Shown: positions 39,714 through 52,500 of the stretch, in pieces
Layout: every line of letters starts with the position of its first letter
Position numbering within the stretch: the first letter of the stretch is position 1
DNA from: Yuukianura sp. NJ FZ-2021
Lineage: Eukaryota
Assembly (NCBI GenBank): GCA_046563655.1
Contig: CM102283.1
Location: 7,316,001-7,380,000, forward strand
Length of the DNA stretch: 64,000 nucleotides
Direction of reading: 5' to 3'
Notes under the pieces: generated by a model
Databases searched by the model: none
What the model saw: only the letters and a program-made list of their open reading frames with translations
What the model was told of the DNA's origin: nothing
Made by a program: the position numbers and the translations under genes

Positions 39714-42700
39714 TTCAAAAAACGTCAGTCAAGCAATACTTTCTCAAGAAAGTAACTTTTACTCCACAAAAAAAAAACTCGATGCTGGAGGATGTCAAGC
39801 TCTGCAGTAAGGAGAATCTGCAGTAACCAAGAATTAGTGACTCACACCTTATCCAAATTGGAATTTAACAACACGAAAGCAAGTCTATGATGAAAACCTG
39901 AATGTGGCACAACAACCACGGACCAAACCAAACCCTAGTCTAGTGATTTCTGTGCAGTCTATACCATTTCAGCCTCCTTTCAGTATATTTCAATCTCTCT
40001 GGTTGGTAATATTTTACCGCAAAGCAAAGCCAGAGCCATTACCATCAGTGATAAGTGCCTGAGGGAGATAAGGCCAAACAATGCCAGGAAATCAACGTGT
40101 TAAGTACGTCCTCTACACCACCAAAAGTACCTTGCACACTTCTACCAGGGTTGTTCACATTACAAATTGGAAAGCGTTTTCAAAAAGCCCTTGGATGCAT
40201 CTCTGTAAACCAAAAAAAAAGTTGTGGACTTTATCTACCACTGACGTCTTTACCACAAAGATTAGACTTTTTGCCATACCGGAGTGAGTAGGTGGTGGAC
40301 TTGCTGAATTCTATTTAGCATTTGGCACAAAGTCGTCTTATAAATTTTGTACTACAGAATGACGTCTCTCCTGCTCGTCCTCTAAAAAGATGGCACAAAA
40401 AAAGTTCAATGAAGTCTGTATTGCGTGCGTCCTTATTCCGGTTTAAGAATCTTTGCTCCTGGTAGTACTAGTGGAGGTGGTTGGTCGTTGGCGGATGACG
40501 TTGTTACCCGGTTTTCGGTTTTTTTAGATTCCACTTCAGCAGAGACTGATATGGCTTCGTTTGTTTCAAACTCACACAAATGTCAATGAAAGTGAAAGCT
40601 AAAATAGTTTTTCCATTTCCATTCATGGATTTTGTCATTTCCATTTCAGATGAAGTCGGGAAAATCGAAACCGTAACTTTTCTTTCATTTTTTTTTAGAA
40701 AGAAAGACAACAATGGTTTCTAAAATTAGGAACTTTAGAAAACCAAGAAACCGCCTCCAAACAACTTTTTAAATTAAGAACTCTGATTGGCTGAGGTTCA
40801 ACTTTAGCAAAACTTTGACGTCAATGACACCATTTCAACATGAAAAATTACCGTAAATTTTCTTTAAATAGTACCAAAAAAATCAATTCCTAACGACAAC
40901 GAGAAACCCAATCAATCACTAAAGAAAAACAAAAATTGAGGAAACCTGCAAATTCTTGCAATTTTTTTATGTCGTATTTTTATTATTACAATAAATTGAC
41001 AATTTTTGACAAATGCCTTTTTTGGCTATTTGTAATCAAGTGTACTGAAAATTTTGATAAAATGTAAGTAAAAGTATTGTTCTCAATCTTTTACCGGTAG
41101 GATTTAAATTATATGGAACAGAAATAATGAAAATAATAGTAAGAAATGTTAGTTTAAACAGGACATAAAGAATGAGTAGTAAGATTATACATAGGAATTA
41201 AGACAGTACCTGATGCACATAATAATATGTAGGAAAACAAGAGAAAATATTTTAAAAATATCACTTTCTCTTCAAAAAAAAAATCGCTGTTTTTAGAATC
41301 GATAGATATCTTTTTAAATATTTTCCCGCTTCTACAAAATAATTTTTACCTCGAAATTCGATAAAATTAAGTTTACTTTTTATTTAATACGCTCTATTTA
41401 TAGAGGGCTCTAAACGACAGCACGCTTTATACTTAAAAACATAAAGCATCAAAAGGCTCTGTTTTTTTTTAGTTTTTACAAAGATCTAGATATATTGGAT
41501 CAATTTTTTCGAGATTTGCACATTTTTGGAAATCAGAATTGTAAATTGGAAAGAAAATTATGAAAACTAGAAAGTATAAACTCACTGATTATTTTACTAA
41601 TTTGTAACACAACAACACATGAGCGAAGGAATTGAATTGCAAATTGTCACAAGTTTCCGGTTGTTGCACGAGACCAAATTAATTTTAACATTTAACCTAC
41701 GGATTTACATTTAACTAAATGTTAAAATTTTAACTTTAGCTCGTTTATAGCTGTTATAGTTTACAGTTATACATGTAAAGACAAAAGAAGTTTATTTTAA
41801 TACTCGATTAACCAAAAAGTTACTTTTTATATACTCTCTCTAAATAACTTAAATTTATTACACAAGAGTGAAATATATTCTGTAACTTTTTTATGATTAA
41901 CGGGAGTATTATTAAATTTTCCAAAATTATGTCAAAACGGAGACCTGCTCGGGCGGGACTTTTTTTAAACTTTAGAAATCGTTTTTCGAAAAAATCCAAA
42001 ATGGAGTGTAATCTTTCCAAAAAACTACTCTTTTCGTTCATTTTCTTTAACTTTAATGACGAAAGTCACGTTAACTTTTTTTTCCTTGGTACACCCGTTC
42101 GTCTCGAGAAGGCACAATAAAATCTACACTTTCCAACACTTTCGTAACATAACGAACCTAATTTGCTAAATTCCTACTAAATATGCGCATTCGCAGAGCA
42201 AAATTAAAGTTTAATGCTCATGTAAACTCGAATTTAAACTGAAAGAACACAAATCCAAAGTTCCAAAAACTGCTTCTATAATACATTTCGTCCAACCTCC
42301 GCAAACTAAAACATACAAGTACTGATCCAAATATTCACATAGCATAGTAAAAACTCAAAATTTCAATTTTTGAACTTTAGCAGCCTAGTTTACTTTTTCT
42401 TTTTTCATTTTCTTAATTTTCTTTTAATCAACTCAAAAATAGTAGTCAACCTCGAATGTAATGAACAAAATTAAGTATGAAATTTGAAAGATGATTACAA
42501 TTTACCAAAAAAAGTGTAGTTTAAATGTCAAATTTGTCAGTAAGTCAACTTATGAGCACCACAAGGCACAAGTAATACAATTCAATTAGTGTCCAAATTC
42601 CACTTACTAGTGATTTTTAGTAGTAGTACATCCTCAAAATTTCAGTCTCCAATCTAGAATACCAAGTGTCTTTCGTTTTTTTACAATTTCTACAACACTT

Positions 42701-43315
42701 GTCAAAATTTTCTTGACTTTTCGAAAAAAAAAACTCTCATTTTCAAAAACTAATCTGCAACAACCTAACTTTCTTCGTCCACCCTCCGATGTGAGGCTAC
42801 CCTCAAAAAAGTAAGGCTTAAGCAAAATTGCAAATTTCACACGTCACAGCTCATGATCCCGCCAAAAATCTTCAAACTCAAATACTTCGCTTTTTGTCGT
42901 TTTAACGCTTACTTTTTAGTACTATATTTGCTGCATTACTGTACATTAAATAGAACTTAGCAAGTAATCTTAATCACGAAAACTCAAAAACTGGCGTTTG
43001 ACTTGAAAATTTTAAATTGTAAATTTCAAGTTGAACTTCAACAGCCACTAAATTTTAAGTAAAGCCTAAAAGTACAAGTAGTACAACAAAATCTCCTTAC
43101 AAAATTAAGAGCTGAATTTGAGTCCAAAAATATTCCAAGGAGTGAACTTGGTCTGGCTTTCAGAAGATGTTGAGAATTTCGGGATGATGATACATGATGA
43201 CGTTGAGAGGACAAGATTAGACGACGTAGTAAGTTGTTGATGCTGCGATGAATGTTATGATTGGAAGGTCATAAGGTCAAAGGAGACAATGACCATTGAG
43301 CTCTTGATGAAAAAG

Positions 43316-44668
43316 TTATACCTTCATGGTAAGCACACGCTGATGGTAGCGATCATGACTACTGTAGCAAGGGCTGCAGAGATCTTTGGTAGTTGTTTTT
43401 GACACTTTGTCTCCCACTGGAAGCGAATCGAACGGTGATCGCTGATTGGCGTAGGAAAGGAGGTCAGGCGAAGACATTGAACGGACTAGTCCAGTCGTTC
43501 CGGTCGCTCCACTCCCCTTGCTAAATGAAAAGTACTGGACGAGATTTGTGATTTTGTCCAAGTCGAGGTCCATGGCCGTCTCTTGCTCATGCTCCTCATC
43601 GCTGCTACTGCAACTCCCATTGGAAGATGGAACACGACGATCATTTTTCTCTTTCTCCACGACAATGTCAGGATCATAACTCTCGAAATCGTCATCTTCG
43701 AATAGGAACGGCGATGCATCGGCCTCTGCCGATTCTTCTTCGGTTTCCTCAAACTGGGATTTCTTCGTTCGGAAGTTGAAGTTGTTTCCCTTGAAAGTGA
43801 AGAATGGCTCGAGCGGGGTTCGGTTAGCAGAAGAATTGTAGTTTGACGTGGTAGAAATCGACATCAACATTGAAGTACCGGCCGGAATTGTGTTCTCTTT
43901 GCTATCGCAAGTTGCACGGAAAGTGTAGTTCTCGCTCAGAGCAAAACGAAATCTTTTCGTTCCAAAGTAGGTGGAATTGTTATTAAAAACTCCCGAATCT
44001 TCTTCATCGACATCGCTTTCCTCAGCATCGTAGGTCCAATCTCGACGGCGCTTACAGGAAGGAGCTGAGGCTGCGTACTTAAGCTGGCTATGGCTCATGT
44101 CACTTGACGTCATCACATCAGCTGATAGGCTGCTAACCAGTGCTTCGGCCGAAGCCTGGTCCAAATCCAGGTACGTAATTGACTTTGACGGAGACTCCGA
44201 CGACAAGCCCTCAGCAAATTCAGCCAGGATTAGTTCAGCCGTGGTTCGATTCTCATCTTCAGACGCAGTTCCGTTCCCCCTGAGGGTAAATTCCACATCC
44301 ACGACATCCGGAATTCCGCCCATCTTTTCCACACAGTTGAGGATGTCACTTGGTAGATCCATTTCTGTTCCATCGAGTTGAAAGAGAGCTCGGGAGTCTA
44401 GGAGAGCAGCTTGATCCTCTTCACTAATCGGTTCAGAGAAGGACAAAAGCTTCGAAGCACCGGTTGATGAAGACTGAGCTGGGAAAATTTCAGTGTCGTC
44501 AGTGCAAACAGTGAGACCGTCCAAAGTGATGTAAGCGGATCGAGCTTTTGTGAGAACCGATGAAATTAGAAGATGCTTGTGCAGACTGGTGCCACCGCGG
44601 CGAAGGCCTCTTGATTCCGCAATTTTTGTCAAAGACATGCTGATCACCTTCTCTACCTCGGCTTTCAT
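43316..44668 (-). CDS. Immediate early response (IER) family protein, intronless CDS, 450 aa
   Basis: N-terminus EVEKVISMSLTKIAESRGLRRGGTSLHKHLLISSVLTKARSAY matches the IER2/IER5 N-terminal block; C-terminal MDLDLDKITNLVQYFSF matches the IER C-terminal block; acidic disordered middle. Confidence 0.85.
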   Translation of the reverse strand: MKAEVEKVISMSLTKIAESRGLRRGGTSLHKHLLISSVLTKARSAYITLDGLTVCTDDTEIFPAQSSSTGASKLLSFSEPISEEDQAALLDSRALFQLDGTEMDLPSDILNCVEKMGGIPDVVDVEFTLRGNGTASEDENRTTAELILAEFAEGLSSESPSKSITYLDLDQASAEALVSSLSADVMTSSDMSHSQLKYAASAPSCKRRRDWTYDAEESDVDEEDSGVFNNNSTYFGTKRFRFALSENYTFRATCDSKENTIPAGTSMLMSISTTSNYNSSANRTPLEPFFTFKGNNFNFRTKKSQFEETEEESAEADASPFLFEDDDFESYDPDIVVEKEKNDRRVPSSNGSCSSSDEEHEQETAMDLDLDKITNLVQYFSFSKGSGATGTTGLVRSMSSPDLLSYANQRSPFDSLPVGDKVSKTTTKDLCSPCYSSHDRYHQRVLTMKV

Positions 44669-45889
44669 TTCCTTTCACCCAGAAAATGGCGGGCTTTCCA
44701 AAAATCTGAAAACCAAGAACATTCTCCTTCAGTCTCTCCACGATATCGTAAATTTTGAGCCTTTCCATTTCAAAAAACGTAGGTTTAGTCTTCCGTCAGA
44801 GTTAAAAAGCTCAATTTGAAAAGAAATCAACACGTTAAGATTCAGTGTTGGATCTCATCTATCATCATTGAAGACCAAACCGGAAAATTCGTTCTCTCCG
44901 TTATGCTTGACGTTCCTTAGACGATTTCCGGCCGAATCAAAACCAACTTCGGTTTTCAACTCACCAAAATTGAAGGAACTGCGTAGCCTGTGTCTCCTCG
45001 ACGTTTTGTTCGAAAAGTCGCAAATGTAATTTCCCCGATCCACTTACGCTGCAACCGGACTGTAAAAAAATGAACAATAATTGTTATAAACAAACACTAA
45101 TTGCTCAACTAGAAGAAGACTGTCCTTGATCTCTCAGAGGTGATTTAGAGTTCAGTTGGAAGTGGTTGAGCGGCTAAACTAAAAGTAGCAGAGCAGTTTA
45201 TCGCTGAATCGACTTTCAACTAAACTCTAAATTTGTCACGCCGCCCCTGTCAATCCACCACCCAATCCAATCGGTGTCTAATATCATCTCATCAAATCAG
45301 TCAGAACATTTACCCATCGTCAGAAGTTGACTTTTAGTTTTATCATCACATGACTTATTGAATTCGTTTTCCGTCAAAAACTATAAACTATCCCATAGCA
45401 GGAATAAAAGTAGTAAAAAATTAAATTTAGACAATTGCATTAAAATTATTCGTAACTTAAACTTAACGCTGCTAACTTTGTTATTTTGTATAAACTCAAA
45501 CTGGGGGGAATACAAGACAGACAGACGGGATGGGATGATGGGAACCGAATGAAAAAACCACGCCAAGGTCACGTTTCCGACATTAAGTTTAAGCTTCCAG
45601 GAGCCGAGAGCTGTGCCTCCTGGTTAGATTAGGCAATAGCTTAATCTACTCCTAAGCAAAAGAAAAACCGGGTTTCATTTGGAGATCATACTCCAAAAAG
45701 AGTTTAGATTAAGCTAATTTTTGGTTTAGCTTTAATCCCATTTTCGGTTCGCAAACGGAGAGCAGCGGACAGCGTTCCCAGTGGGAACTTGCTCCTAAGG
45801 GAGACGGCTGTGAGTTCAAAACCTGCAGCAGATGTAATTTTTTTTTTATTTTGTCAGAACGTGCCTACTCATATAATATTGCCTTTCAG

Positions 45890-46330
45890 GGATGGCAAGT
45901 GACCCCAACATGTTCAAGTAAGGTCAAAGGTCAAGCCAAATTCGGTTGACCCCTCCTGACCTCAAATATCAACTGCACAAATGGGTTTCCTTAAGAGAAC
46001 ACTCACCATACGCATAACAAGACCATGCGTGACCCGGCTGAGGTCAACATGTCATTTTTAGTTTGAAGTGACATGACCTTTGACCTTAGAGGAATGCCAT
46101 TAGATCTTACATTGAATTGAACAACGAATTAAAGCTAGCAAGCATTAAAACATTCACTCTACATGTCAAGAGGGGTCATTTACAGTTGAGCTGACCTTTG
46201 ACCTTGCCGAGGTCAAAGGTCAGGTCGCGGGAATATGTATCGTACATGAGAGAGATTGTCTAGTTAATCGAAACAAGTTTGTTATGTGTCATTTTTCAGG
46301 TCAAGGCCATCAAATTTGAAGTAAAACGAA
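45890..46330. repeat. Second TGACCTTTGACC / GGTCAAAGGTCA-rich interspersed repeat
   Basis: Multiple GGTCAAAGGTCA and TGACCTTTGACC motifs in both orientations, same motif vocabulary as 33790-34635. Confidence 0.5.
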
Positions 46331-48487
46331 CTTTTTTGCATTAACCCAAAAGATAAAACTGCTCCGGAGTGGTTTTTGTTTCAGCATCAAAATCTGGTTA
46401 GATTAGGAAGGTGTGATCTCTGAAACTCTTAATCGGTATTAATTTTCTGGGTGATCTCACCCTAACCAGATTTTTTTGGGTTAGCTGACGATTATCTCAA
46501 GATTAGGGATAATCGGAAAAATTCCGATTAGTGGTTTCGGTGTGCTCGTCGTTTTTTCTTAATCGGGAACTAAATTCCGATTACCCAGGCACAGCTCGCG
46601 GCTCCAGTTCCTCTAAAATCATAAACACTTCCTACTACGCATTGGTTTTGGCATTGAAGAAACTTAGTATAAAGCCCGCCAAACCATAAACCTGCGATTA
46701 AGCCAGTTCCGTTACCCTGGTCGACGATGGATGACGTAATTTTCACGTCAGACTCTATTTTAAGAACAAGAGAAGACGACGACAAAAAAAAAACAGAGAG
46801 GAATAACCTCTCGTACTAGCGTTATCGTTACTTTAAAAACGTTAGCTTAATCACTTGCGAGCGAAAAGTTGCCATTTTAATACAACACTGCAAATTGCAG
46901 TCTGCAATGGAATAGTGGAGTAATCATTTGTAATTCAATCAATCAATGTTTGTTTTCCTATTTGCTAAGGTTTACTTGACTTTAGTTCCGTAAATTACGT
47001 TCGATTCATGTTTTGTTTGTTACGGAACAACCGAAAACTGGATCAGTCACGTCAGTGCGACTTCAAAATAATAGTAGTACAAAGTACAGTTACGATAAAA
47101 AAAATATAGTGTGAGACTGACCTTGAAGCCAATGACTATAACTTTTACTAGTATAGGTACATAGACGTGTTATATCAATCAATTCCAAAAAATGGACCGC
47201 TCATGTCATTTGAGAAACTTCAAAAATGAGCATAAGTATATAAAGTATATGTAGTAACTAGGTAATCTATGTTTGAACTTTAAAAAATTCATTTTCAAAT
47301 TTCAAAAGCTGAACGGTTGTTGATAGGTGGATAGATAATGCCAAGATCATGGTGTTAATGATTACTCACTCACGTTTGAAGGGTGTCAACAATCTCACAC
47401 GTTCAACACGTGAACTATATAACTAGTACTGGAAAACTGGGGAAGTACACGTCTTGTAAGGTAACTGATAGATCAAAATCACACAGATCAGTATAATTGG
47501 CAATATAATTTGAAATAGCGCAAGTTCTGGTCAGTCGAGTGATTCATGATTAACTTTATGGAAAGGAATACATAAATGACAAATCAAGAGGTTTGTCAGT
47601 TTGTCGTCACAACTTCCGGAAAGGAATAGCGAAAGTAAAATGAAAGGAAGGAACTGATTTAACTGTTTAGTTAATATTTGAGGTTTCGGTTTAAGATTGT
47701 TTACGATATACGAGCGATTAGTCACTTCATTAATCATCGTCAACATCGACAACTATAGCATTTAACCGCAACTTAGGATATATTGCATAGTTGGTCAGGC
47801 AAATTAGTCAATCCCTATCAACTAATAAATTTAAAAAATATGACTTAGGGATGTAAACTCTGCTTATAAGTTCGTTTACCTCATCTTAAAAATTGATATG
47901 AAGATTCAGTTATGGCCACACTATAGTAGGTACTAGGCTGTGTGTATGAAAGGCTGTAATTGTGAAATTAAAAACGAACTTGAGAAGGCTACTCTATGAC
48001 TAACAAATATTCTTAGAATTTTAGCAGTGACCAGTGTCACTGTTATCATCACCGTCTCCGGTAATACCCCGTTAGTTTTCATACTTCAATTCTATCATCT
48101 GATTCCGTACATCTATACCTAGTCAATGACCTTTGCACCCCGCCAAAACCGATTTTTCGAGAATCCCACTACACTACGTATGCGTAACGTAAGAACAAGA
48201 ACTTAGAGAAACAGTACTCACCAAAGAGTTGCTACGAAGTCCGTCGATGCTTCAATTCATCCAGTTGTTTACACCGCAATTACTTAGTAACCGATTTTTA
48301 GAACAAGTGTTGCACCGTCGTCGTCGTACGTTTCCACCAGCAGTGAAGTATAGGAGCCTGTAATGGTGGATGGGGCAATTCCAAATACAACTTTGCAACT
48401 GAGAAAGTACCAAAAAAATGGGGAAACTGGTTGAAAGGAGCGAATCGTCGTCTGTCTCTTGGTTTTTTTCGCAGAAGAGAACGTGCG

Positions 48488-48495
48488 TGACGTCA
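48488..48495. promoter_or_regulatory. Consensus CRE (TGACGTCA) in the putative promoter of the IER-family gene
   Basis: Perfect palindrome in a GC-richer island upstream of a candidate non-coding exon ending at minus-strand donor ttg|gtgagt (~48221); CCAAT/ATTGG pair at ~48573-48586. Confidence 0.45.
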
Positions 48496-49573
48496 GGAGA
48501 CGAGAGGTAAAGGGGGAGAAGAGCGGCAGAGACGCGCCGGGGGGCGCAATACTGTATATTCTACGCACATATCCAATGCTGATTGGTGTAAACTGTCTCA
48601 TGTGTTTGAGTATATCTGCATCTTCATGTAGTAACGAAGGATGAAATTAATAGAGGTCAATCTGTACTTCGCTTGCCACAGAAATTTGTATTTGAAATGT
48701 AGGTTTACCTATGTGGGAAATGTGGCAAGTCAGTGAAGGCGGAAAATTGGAAAGTTCTAGCGAGTGGGTGGTGGGTGGGGGGTGGAAGGCGGAGCATAAA
48801 AGAGGGGGTGGGTGGGTGGAGTAGTGCATTTGGTGGGTACTTTAGTGCAGTCAAGTGCATTTTTAAATAAATTAACATATTTATAAACTACTACCTAGTT
48901 TAGTACAGTGTATAATACATGGATTTATATAAATTAATTGAGAGATAATTATGAAATATATTGTTATTATTAGCGGAATTTTAGAAGCATATGGATTAAA
49001 CACGGCTTGATAACAAAAGTAAAAGTTTCGGTATATTGAGTAAACTTTAATACTTGCTTTTAGCTACCAAACTTCAGAAATTATTTTTTAAAATACTGAT
49101 TACTTTATCTGAACAACAGAAATACTTAAGTTTTATTAAGTTTACTACATACTTAAAAATTGTGTAAATGTAGTTGTGTAATTGCGTAGTTGTAAATGTA
49201 AACATTTAAATACTACCCTACTAAATGGGCTAAGGATTTTGTATAGTTGCCCATATCGGTTCAAAGATAATGTAGTGTGATGGTAACTCCTAAATTTTCC
49301 GGGGCTACGTGCTTTTGCGTGGGAAGGATGGCGGAGCCGTAGCGGAACTGTTTGGTGGGGCTTGGTGGCTCGGAGGAAGAGCAAGAGGAAGGAGACGAAG
49401 ACGAATGGTCACCACGTGCTTTTTGTTCAGGCTAGTGTTTTTGTTTGCATTATGCTAACGGATTAATCAATTTTTAATTTATTGATTTTTGATTTTGAAT
49501 CTACCTTCAGGGATTACGTATTTTGGATTGGATAGCCCTACTCAATTAATCGTTTCAGTAAGGAGACAAGCAA

Positions 49574-52500
49574 ATGTCGGAATTAAAGCTACTACCGCCA
49601 TCGGCAGCTGACTTCAGCTCAAGCGATTATTGGGATTCGTTTTTTACGAAAAGGAAGACTGACTTCGAATGGTGAGCGACAGTTTATATTGATGATTGTT
49701 TTTCCGCAAGATTACTTATAACTTTATGCTCTGCTTCAAGGTATGGAGAATTTGACGAACTTGCACCTTTGCTGCGAAAGTTTTGCTCACCAAAACATTC
49801 GATGTTGATTGTTGGATGTGGAAGCTCTAATTTAAGTGACCGATTGTATTCTGATGGGTATCAACTTCAGCTCAGCATTGACATCAGCAGTATCATCATT
49901 AATCGAATGCAGAAACTCTATCCCCATCTAGTATTTAAAGAGGACGATGTAACCAACCTCCACTGCGCTGTAGGTAAAGAAATTCATACAATAACTCCTT
50001 GATTACTTCACTGATTGATTTGATTACATACTGTGGCACTTTAACACCGACTTTTCTTATTTCTCAGGATGAGGAATTCTTGTGTGTTTTGGACAAAGGA
50101 ACATTTGATGCTCTGGCACCCCCACCTCCTAAGAAGCATGCCGGAACGCCTAATAGTGACGACCAGCTTGAAGAAGCCCAAAAATCGATCCAAATGCTGA
50201 ACGAAGTTCAAAGAGTGTTGAAAGGCGGTGGCCGATTCGTTTGCATCTCGTTACTACAATCACACGTCGCTGAGCTTCTGATTGGATATTTTATTACTCG
50301 CGGCTGGATGATTAAAATCAACAGATGTGAAGCAGCAGAGAGTAGAAACGTCAATTCGAAAGTTGGTCTACCAGTATACGTTTGTCTTTTCCTCAAGCCA
50401 CTTAAAACGCAACAAGATCTTCCTACACAAACCGTAAGTTCGTGAAACACCAAATTATAATCGTTTTTCACGATTTTACGTTTCTTTACTGTACGCAGTT
50501 TATCGAGTTCGTGGGCCTGGAAAATGGAGGAAAACCACAACGCTTGAAGACACTGTCAGAAGTCCTTGAATGTCTAAAGGATGAAATGACTAAGAAGTTC
50601 TATGCCGCCGCCGTGAAAACAATTGGTCATTTTTCCAACTCAGGAACTGAGTGGACTCTTTGTGAAGAAAATGGCAAACCGAAATATAAACTTACCGCCG
50701 TGGATGTTATGAGTCTAACGAAGAATCCAGTTGACAAGCAAATGGTCATTTTCATAATTCCCCAAGGCAGGTTCGTCATTTCTACGTTTTTCTGTGGAAC
50801 TGGAGTTCCTTTTTGAACTGTCCTAAATGATGAGTCTAGTTATCGGCCTGAAGGTCAAGGTGCTGGAAGCATGAGAAGTTTAACTTTTCATTGTTTCTAC
50901 GTACTGAGACTAATAGTGTTGCCAAATAACCTGCTGATATTGGTTTCTTAGATTAGTTAAACTGTTTGCCTCTACTAATTAGTTTAGTTTAATTTCCGGT
51001 TTTGATTTGCAGAGAGATGGAGTACATGTTCGCAACACATGAGGGTCGTACGACAGTTGCTAAGCAAATGGGTTTCACTCGAGCGGTGTTCGTAGCCTTA
51101 CAACACGATCGTCAGTATCCGTCATTGGACGAAGTTCAAAAAGAAGTAGGAAATCATGTGCAATTCGTTACTCCTGATGCAGTTGCCGATGCTAAAGTGA
51201 AGGTAATTTTTTAAGCCATTTTATTTGATTTTTGAAGTATTAAGTTGTTTTAAAATTTGAAGAAGAGTAGTTTGAGCATTTCCTCTTCCTCGTTAGAAGG
51301 TGTTGGACTCGGAGGTTTACCGGCAGCAGTTCCCTTGCCTTTTGCTTGTGTCAGATACGCTTCGATGTCCTGGTCGCTGCTCGACACTTCAATGGTACTG
51401 GCGCTGTTTGGTTTAGCATACTTTTGGAGCAAAGTTTTGCAGTTGACTGCCTCTCGTTGGATGAGATTGATGGCTTTATCCGTGATTGTCTTGTAGTACA
51501 TTTCACTATAACTGTTTCGTCCAGGAGGAGTTTGTGCTTGATACATCGGTGAATAACTTGCTGCTCCAACTGGAACTTGTGACAGACGTGGAGGATTGAC
51601 AGGATGGAAAGTATAAGTTGGAGGCTGCTGTTGTCGCATAGAGTGCGAAAGTTGCGCTGGTTGTGGATGGATGATTTGTATGTCGCTGGATTCTTGACCT
51701 TGCAATTCTGGTACTCCGCTTCGTCCGCTGCTTAGCGTAAGCAAGTTTAGTTCTCTGGTGTAGTAAGATTCCAGCTGAGCTAATCGCCTCGCTTGATTTT
51801 TTAAACTTGCTTCACGCTTTTCAAGTTTCTTGAGTACGGCTTTAATGTTCTCTTGACTTGGAGTGTCCAATCGCTGCAACTGATCCTCCAGTGCACTCAT
51901 GCGGGTGGAAAGACTGCGTTGAACGTTTTTCAGATCTGCATTCTCCTCCCTGAAAAGTTAGAATTCGGGCTGAAAATTTATGTTGCACAAAATTTACCCG
52001 GGTATTTCAGTTTAACTTACACGAGTTGGACATTTTTGAGCAATGTTCGTGTCAATTCGTCTGATAGGTGCTGATTTTTGGACTCTAATTCCTTCATGAG
52101 TTGATTGTAGCCATAGTCGTGTTCTTGGCGTTGACTGTTGATTGTTTCCAGATCTTGTTCCAACTCGTCAATCCTTGCCAACAATTTCCTACGTTCTGAT
52201 TGAAATGCTCGATGCGATGCATCTAGCTGGACGCGGAGTCTTGTAATTTCATGAGAAACTGGTCCCTGACTCTGATTGGTTGTCTCTGTGTGGTTGCGCT
52301 GTTCAGTTTGACGTGATGTGATCATTGAATCTTGTGGTGCGATGTAATTGTTGTTGAAATCTGGTTCCTGTCGGGAGCCCGTGTTGTAAGATGACGGACG
52401 AGGTTCAGCACTGGATGCACGAGCGTGACGAAAAAGAAGTTCGTCCGGGTAAACTCCTTGTTGTGGACGGCGTGACGATGTAGTTCCTACCATCATTGAA

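Noticed and set aside
40055-40500. Short ORFs upstream of the M50B-like gene
   Set aside because: Stops in all frames and no recognisable motif.
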